From: a virus
Taxonomy: Duplodnaviria > Heunggongvirae > Uroviricota > Caudoviricetes
Virus record (IMG/VR): IMGVR_UViG_2698536485_000019
Location: 1 to 18,918 of that record
Strand: one strand, 5' to 3'
Length of the DNA: 18,918 nt
Shown here: positions 15,679 to 18,918 of the stretch, in pieces
Numbering within the stretch: the stretch's first letter is position 1
Layout: each line of letters begins with the position of its first letter
Notes under the pieces: model-generated
Told to the model about the DNA's origin: nothing
Database searches by the model: none
The model's input: the letters and a program-made list of their open reading frames with translations, nothing else
Made by a program: the position numbers and the translations under genes

Positions 15679-15962
15679 TGGACTCCTTCGCGAAATATAC
15701 GATTATTGACTGGATAGCATTCCTTCAGGTTTTGCTCATCTGGTTTTATTTGGCTTATAGGAGTGGACAGTGGATTGTCAGTGTAGCCTGTAGCAAGGGA
15801 TGGCGTTGGTGGAACCGAAAGAATAAAAAAGCACTGGCCTTGGATTCATTTTACGAAGCATTCAATCTTAACAGCCTTCAGCCTGGTTCTGTCGTTGTAG
15901 TCACCACTCAAAGCGGCATGACGATACAAATTCACAAGCCAAAGGAGGAAGGTCGTGGCTAA
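15678..15962 (+). CDS. Small membrane protein
   Basis: ATG at 15678 after AGGAGG; hydrophobic segment YTIIDWIAFLQVLLIWFYLAY. Confidence 0.45.
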   Translation: MDSFAKYTIIDWIAFLQVLLIWFYLAYRSGQWIVSVACSKGWRWWNRKNKKALALDSFYEAFNLNSLQPGSVVVVTTQSGMTIQIHKPKEEGRG

Positions 15963-16239
15963 CCTGCAACTTGCAGTCAAAGGTGAATACTTCGATGCCA
16001 TGATTCGCGGAGAGAAAACAGAAGAGTATCGCCTGTGTAATGACTACTGGAATAAGCGAATTATGTTCCGGGAGTATGACCGCCTGATTATCACAAAGGG
16101 ATATCCGAAGCGCGACGACTCCAGCCGCAGAATTAACGTCCCGTATGACGGATATAAAATCAAGACAATCACACATACACACTTCGGAGATAAACCGGTA
16201 AAGGTGTTCGCGATAAAGGTGAATATCGGCAATGAATAA
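15955..16239 (+). CDS. ASCH/PUA-like domain protein (tentative)
   Basis: GTG start after AAGGAGG; N-terminal pattern LQLAVKGEYFDAMIRGEKTEEYR resembles ASCH-fold proteins; weak assignment. Confidence 0.4.
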   Translation: MANLQLAVKGEYFDAMIRGEKTEEYRLCNDYWNKRIMFREYDRLIITKGYPKRDDSSRRINVPYDGYKIKTITHTHFGDKPVKVFAIKVNIGNE

Positions 16240-16274
16240 CAATCCTCGCACTCGCGGGGATTTCTTTTATCTGA

Positions 16275-16298
16275 ACTCGCTACGGCGAGTTTTGTTTT
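16275..16298 (+). terminator. Rho-independent terminator
   Basis: actcgc-tacg-gcgagt followed by tttgtttt. Confidence 0.55.
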
Positions 16299-16310
16299 AT
16301 GGAGATGATT

Positions 16311-16610
16311 ATGGCCTGTTCAACATTCAACCCTCTAACGTTACAGAAATACCAGCCAGACCCTGAAGATTTATGCTCACTGTGTGGCGGAAATCATGGC
16401 AAAGCCGCCATGATCGAATGTAAAGACAAAATCCACATTTGCCTTAATTGCGTTGATGTCCTCGTTGATATCAAAAATGAGAGAGAAGATAAAAAGCGTA
16501 GCGAGGCTGTTCGCGCCTTAGATTCATGGATGCGAGATGGGTATAGTGCCGCGCAAATTTATGACTTAGCAATATCAAAAGGCGAAATACCAGGAGTGCG
16601 CATCGAATAA
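16311..16610 (+). CDS. Hypothetical Cys-rich (zinc-ribbon-like) protein
   Basis: CSLCGG...CLNC pairs; start taken at the ATG with GGAG 6 nt upstream (in-frame ATGs also at 16299 and 16305). Confidence 0.45.
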   Translation: MACSTFNPLTLQKYQPDPEDLCSLCGGNHGKAAMIECKDKIHICLNCVDVLVDIKNEREDKKRSEAVRALDSWMRDGYSAAQIYDLAISKGEIPGVRIE

Positions 16611-16652
16611 GACGTAACCAATATTCGAATTGAAGAACTGAAAGAACACCAA

Positions 16653-16675
16653 GCCGCCTGATGGCGGTTTTTTCT
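16653..16675 (+). terminator. Rho-independent terminator upstream of xis
   Basis: gccgcc-tgat-ggcggt followed by tttttc. Confidence 0.55.
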
Positions 16676-16680
16676 TACAC

Positions 16681-16980
16681 ATGCAGAGGCAACTTATGCG
16701 CGAGTTAGTAAACCAACATAACCATGGCATTCAGCCAGTCATCACACCTGTTGTACAGATAAATGCGAATGAATGGGTAACACTGGAGCTTTTAATGGCT
16801 GTAACAGGCCTGAGAAAAGGAACAATATTACGCGCCAGGGACAGTGCGTGGATGAACGGCAGAGAATATAAACAAATCGCCCCCGACGGAACGCCAAAGA
16901 AAAACAGCGAATGTCTCTATCATCTTCCTACCATCAACACTTGGATCAAAAACCAACCCTTACCATCTCAGGATGTTTAA
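16681..16980 (+). CDS. xis: Excisionase-like protein (Xis)
   Basis: 99-aa ORF directly upstream of int; segment EWVTLELLMAVTGLRKGTILRARDSAWMNGREYKQ resembles the lambda Xis fold pattern (W..., GREY); start uncertain. Confidence 0.5.
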   Translation: MQRQLMRELVNQHNHGIQPVITPVVQINANEWVTLELLMAVTGLRKGTILRARDSAWMNGREYKQIAPDGTPKKNSECLYHLPTINTWIKNQPLPSQDV

Positions 16981-17032
16981 TTCTTGTCCATAAGAGTATA
17001 ACCTGAGCGTGCTCTTGGACGCAGGAGGAACA

Positions 17033-18343
17033 ATGGCGAATTCAGCCTATCCAGCCGGCGTTGAAAATCACGGAGGAAAACTCCGAATAACGTTTAAGTA
17101 CAGGGGTAAACGAGTGCGCGAAAATCTTCGCGTGCCCGATACACCGAAAAACAGAAAGATCGCTGGTGAGTTAAGGGCTTCGGTCTGCTTTGCAATCAGA
17201 ACAGGAACGTTTGATTATGCCGATCGATTCCCTGACTCACCTAACCTGAAGCTATTTGGCCTGGTAAAAAAAGATATCACCGTCGGTGAACTGGCACAGA
17301 AATGGCTTACTCTGAAAGCAATGGAAATCGGTAGTAACGCCTTAAATCGTTATCAATCAGTGATGAAAAATATGCTACCGAGGCTTGGTCCTGGCAGGCT
17401 GGCGTCATCGATTACAAAAGAAGATCTGCTGTTTATCAGGAAAGATTTACTGACCGGGGAAAAGGGAAGCAGGAAAACCAGCACGTCCCGAAAAGGAAGA
17501 ACCGTACCCACAGTGAACTATTACATGACAACAACAGCCGGAATGTTCAGCTTTGCCGCCGAAAACGGGTATCTGGAGAAAAACCCGTTTAATTCAATAA
17601 CACCGCTGAGGAAATCAAAACCAGTGCCGGATCCACTGACCAGAGATGAGTTTAGCCGTCTCATTGATGCCTGCCATCATCAACAGACCAAAAACCTCTG
17701 GACAGTGGCTGTTTTTACAGGGATGCGACACGGTGAAATTGCCGCACTTGCATGGGAGGATATCGACCTGAAAGCTGGCACGATAACAGTGCGACGAAAT
17801 TTTACAAAAATAGGTGATTTTACGCTACCAAAGACCGACGCAGGCACTAACCGGGTTATACATCTTCTGGCACCAGCAATTGAAGCACTTAAAAACCAGG
17901 CGATGCTTACTCGTCTTAGCAGGCAGCATCAGATCACTGTTCAATTACGCGAGTACGGAAGAACAATTTTGCACGAGTGCACTTTTGTTTTCTGTCCGCA
18001 AATCGTTCGCAAGAATCACAAGGCGGGTATTAACTACGCGGTAAGCTCCATCGGAGCGACATGGGATTCAGCAATAAAAAGAGCGGGTATCCGATCCCGT
18101 AAAGCGTATCAGTCACGCCATACCTATGCGTGCTGGGCTTTATCTTCCGGAGCAAACCCGACATTTATTGCATCACAGATGGGGCACTCCAGCGCCAGCA
18201 TGGTCTACAATGTTTATGGTGCATGGATGCCTGAGTGCAGCGTGACTCAAGTTGCCATGTTGAATAATGTCCTTAATGCCCGTGCCCCAGACGTGCCCCA
18301 AAGTGACCAGGAGGATGAAATAAAATTATATTTTTCAAAATGA
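17033..18343 (+). CDS. int: Tyrosine-family site-specific integrase
   Basis: ATG at 17033 after AGGAGG; catalytic-domain motifs [15 protein letters not shown]...MGHSS...VYNVYGAW (R...HxxR...Y); lies at the prophage-host junction and its stop overlaps the wrbA-frame ATG. Confidence 0.85.
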   Translation: MANSAYPAGVENHGGKLRITFKYRGKRVRENLRVPDTPKNRKIAGELRASVCFAIRTGTFDYADRFPDSPNLKLFGLVKKDITVGELAQKWLTLKAMEIGSNALNRYQSVMKNMLPRLGPGRLASSITKEDLLFIRKDLLTGEKGSRKTSTSRKGRTVPTVNYYMTTTAGMFSFAAENGYLEKNPFNSITPLRKSKPVPDPLTRDEFSRLIDACHHQQTKNLWTVAVFTGMRHGEIAALAWEDIDLKAGTITVRRNFTKIGDFTLPKTDAGTNRVIHLLAPAIEALKNQAMLTRLSRQHQITVQLREYGRTILHECTFVFCPQIVRKNHKAGINYAVSSIGATWDSAIKRAGIRSRKAYQSRHTYACWALSSGANPTFIASQMGHSSASMVYNVYGAWMPECSVTQVAMLNNVLNARAPDVPQSDQEDEIKLYFSK

Positions 18344-18918
18344 TAAACCATATCCTTAGACATGTTGAAACGATGGCACGCGCAGTCGCTGAGGGTGCAA
18401 GCAAAGTCGATGGCGCAGAAGTTGTCGTTAAGCGTGTACCGGAAACCATGCCGCCGCAATTATTTGAAAAAGCAGGCGGTAAAACGCAAACTGCACCGGT
18501 TGCAACCCCGCAAGAACTGGCCGATTACGACGCCATTATTTTTGGTACACCTACCCGCTTTGGCAACATGTCCGGTCAAATGCGTACCTTCCTCGACCAG
18601 ACGGGCGGCCTGTGGGCTTCCGGCGCACTATACGGAAAACTGGCGAGCGTCTTTAGTTCCACCGGTACTGGCGGCGGTCAGGAACAAACTATTACTTCAA
18701 CCTGGACGACCCTTGCGCATCACGGCATGGTAATTGTCCCCATTGGCTACGCAGCGCAGGAATTATTTGACGTTTCACAGGTTCGCGGCGGTACGCCGTA
18801 CGGCGCAACCACCATCGCAGGCGGTGACGGCTCACGCCAGCCAAGCCAGGAAGAACTGTCTATTGCTCGTTATCAAGGGGAATATGTCGCAGGTCTGGCA
18901 GTTAAACTTAACGGCTAA
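18340..18918 (+). CDS. wrbA: NAD(P)H:quinone oxidoreductase WrbA, 3' portion with a phage-derived replacement N-terminus (host gene disrupted by prophage integration)
   Basis: From [32 protein letters not shown]... to ...[11 protein letters not shown] the translation matches E. coli WrbA as I recall it; the first 8 residues (MINHILRH) replace the native MAKVLVLYYSMYGH, and the frame is closed upstream by a stop at 18316. Confidence 0.8.
   Translation: MINHILRHVETMARAVAEGASKVDGAEVVVKRVPETMPPQLFEKAGGKTQTAPVATPQELADYDAIIFGTPTRFGNMSGQMRTFLDQTGGLWASGALYGKLASVFSSTGTGGGQEQTITSTWTTLAHHGMVIVPIGYAAQELFDVSQVRGGTPYGATTIAGGDGSRQPSQEELSIARYQGEYVAGLAVKLNG

Noticed and set aside
1-18918. Calling the element a Shiga-toxin-converting prophage because of the wrbA insertion site
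   Set aside because: No stx, Q or lysis genes are in this window; the insertion site alone does not identify the phage type.

Overview
This window is the integrase-proximal ~18.6 kb of a mosaic lambdoid prophage inserted into host wrbA; the 3' part of wrbA occupies 18340-18918. On the minus strand, from high to low coordinates: cro, nutR, cII-like, a small ORF, an O-like initiator with an iteron origin, a DnaB-type helicase interrupted by a ~339-aa intein with a LAGLIDADG endonuclease, then a nin region (an AT-rich HNH/AP2 endonuclease island, ninB, Dam-like methyltransferase, ninE, Roi-like gene, partial Rha/AntA-like gene). On the plus strand: a P22 c2-type repressor, OL/pL, nutL, a phage-21-type N, an AT-rich accessory cassette with a displaced N 3' remnant, lambda-type ea10/cIII/kil, a Sak4-like ATPase, an HNH-variant Cys-rich protein, an SSB-like protein, Ead/Ea22-like and DUF551-like genes, xis, int. 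I saw no rRNA, tRNA, CRISPR array or toxin genes. The most unusual elements are the helicase intein, which begins with Ala and looks like a class-3 (WCT) intein, and the uncharacterised two-gene cassette in the N-cIII hypervariable slot. All homology calls come from reading the translations and from recalled family motifs; none was checked against a database.
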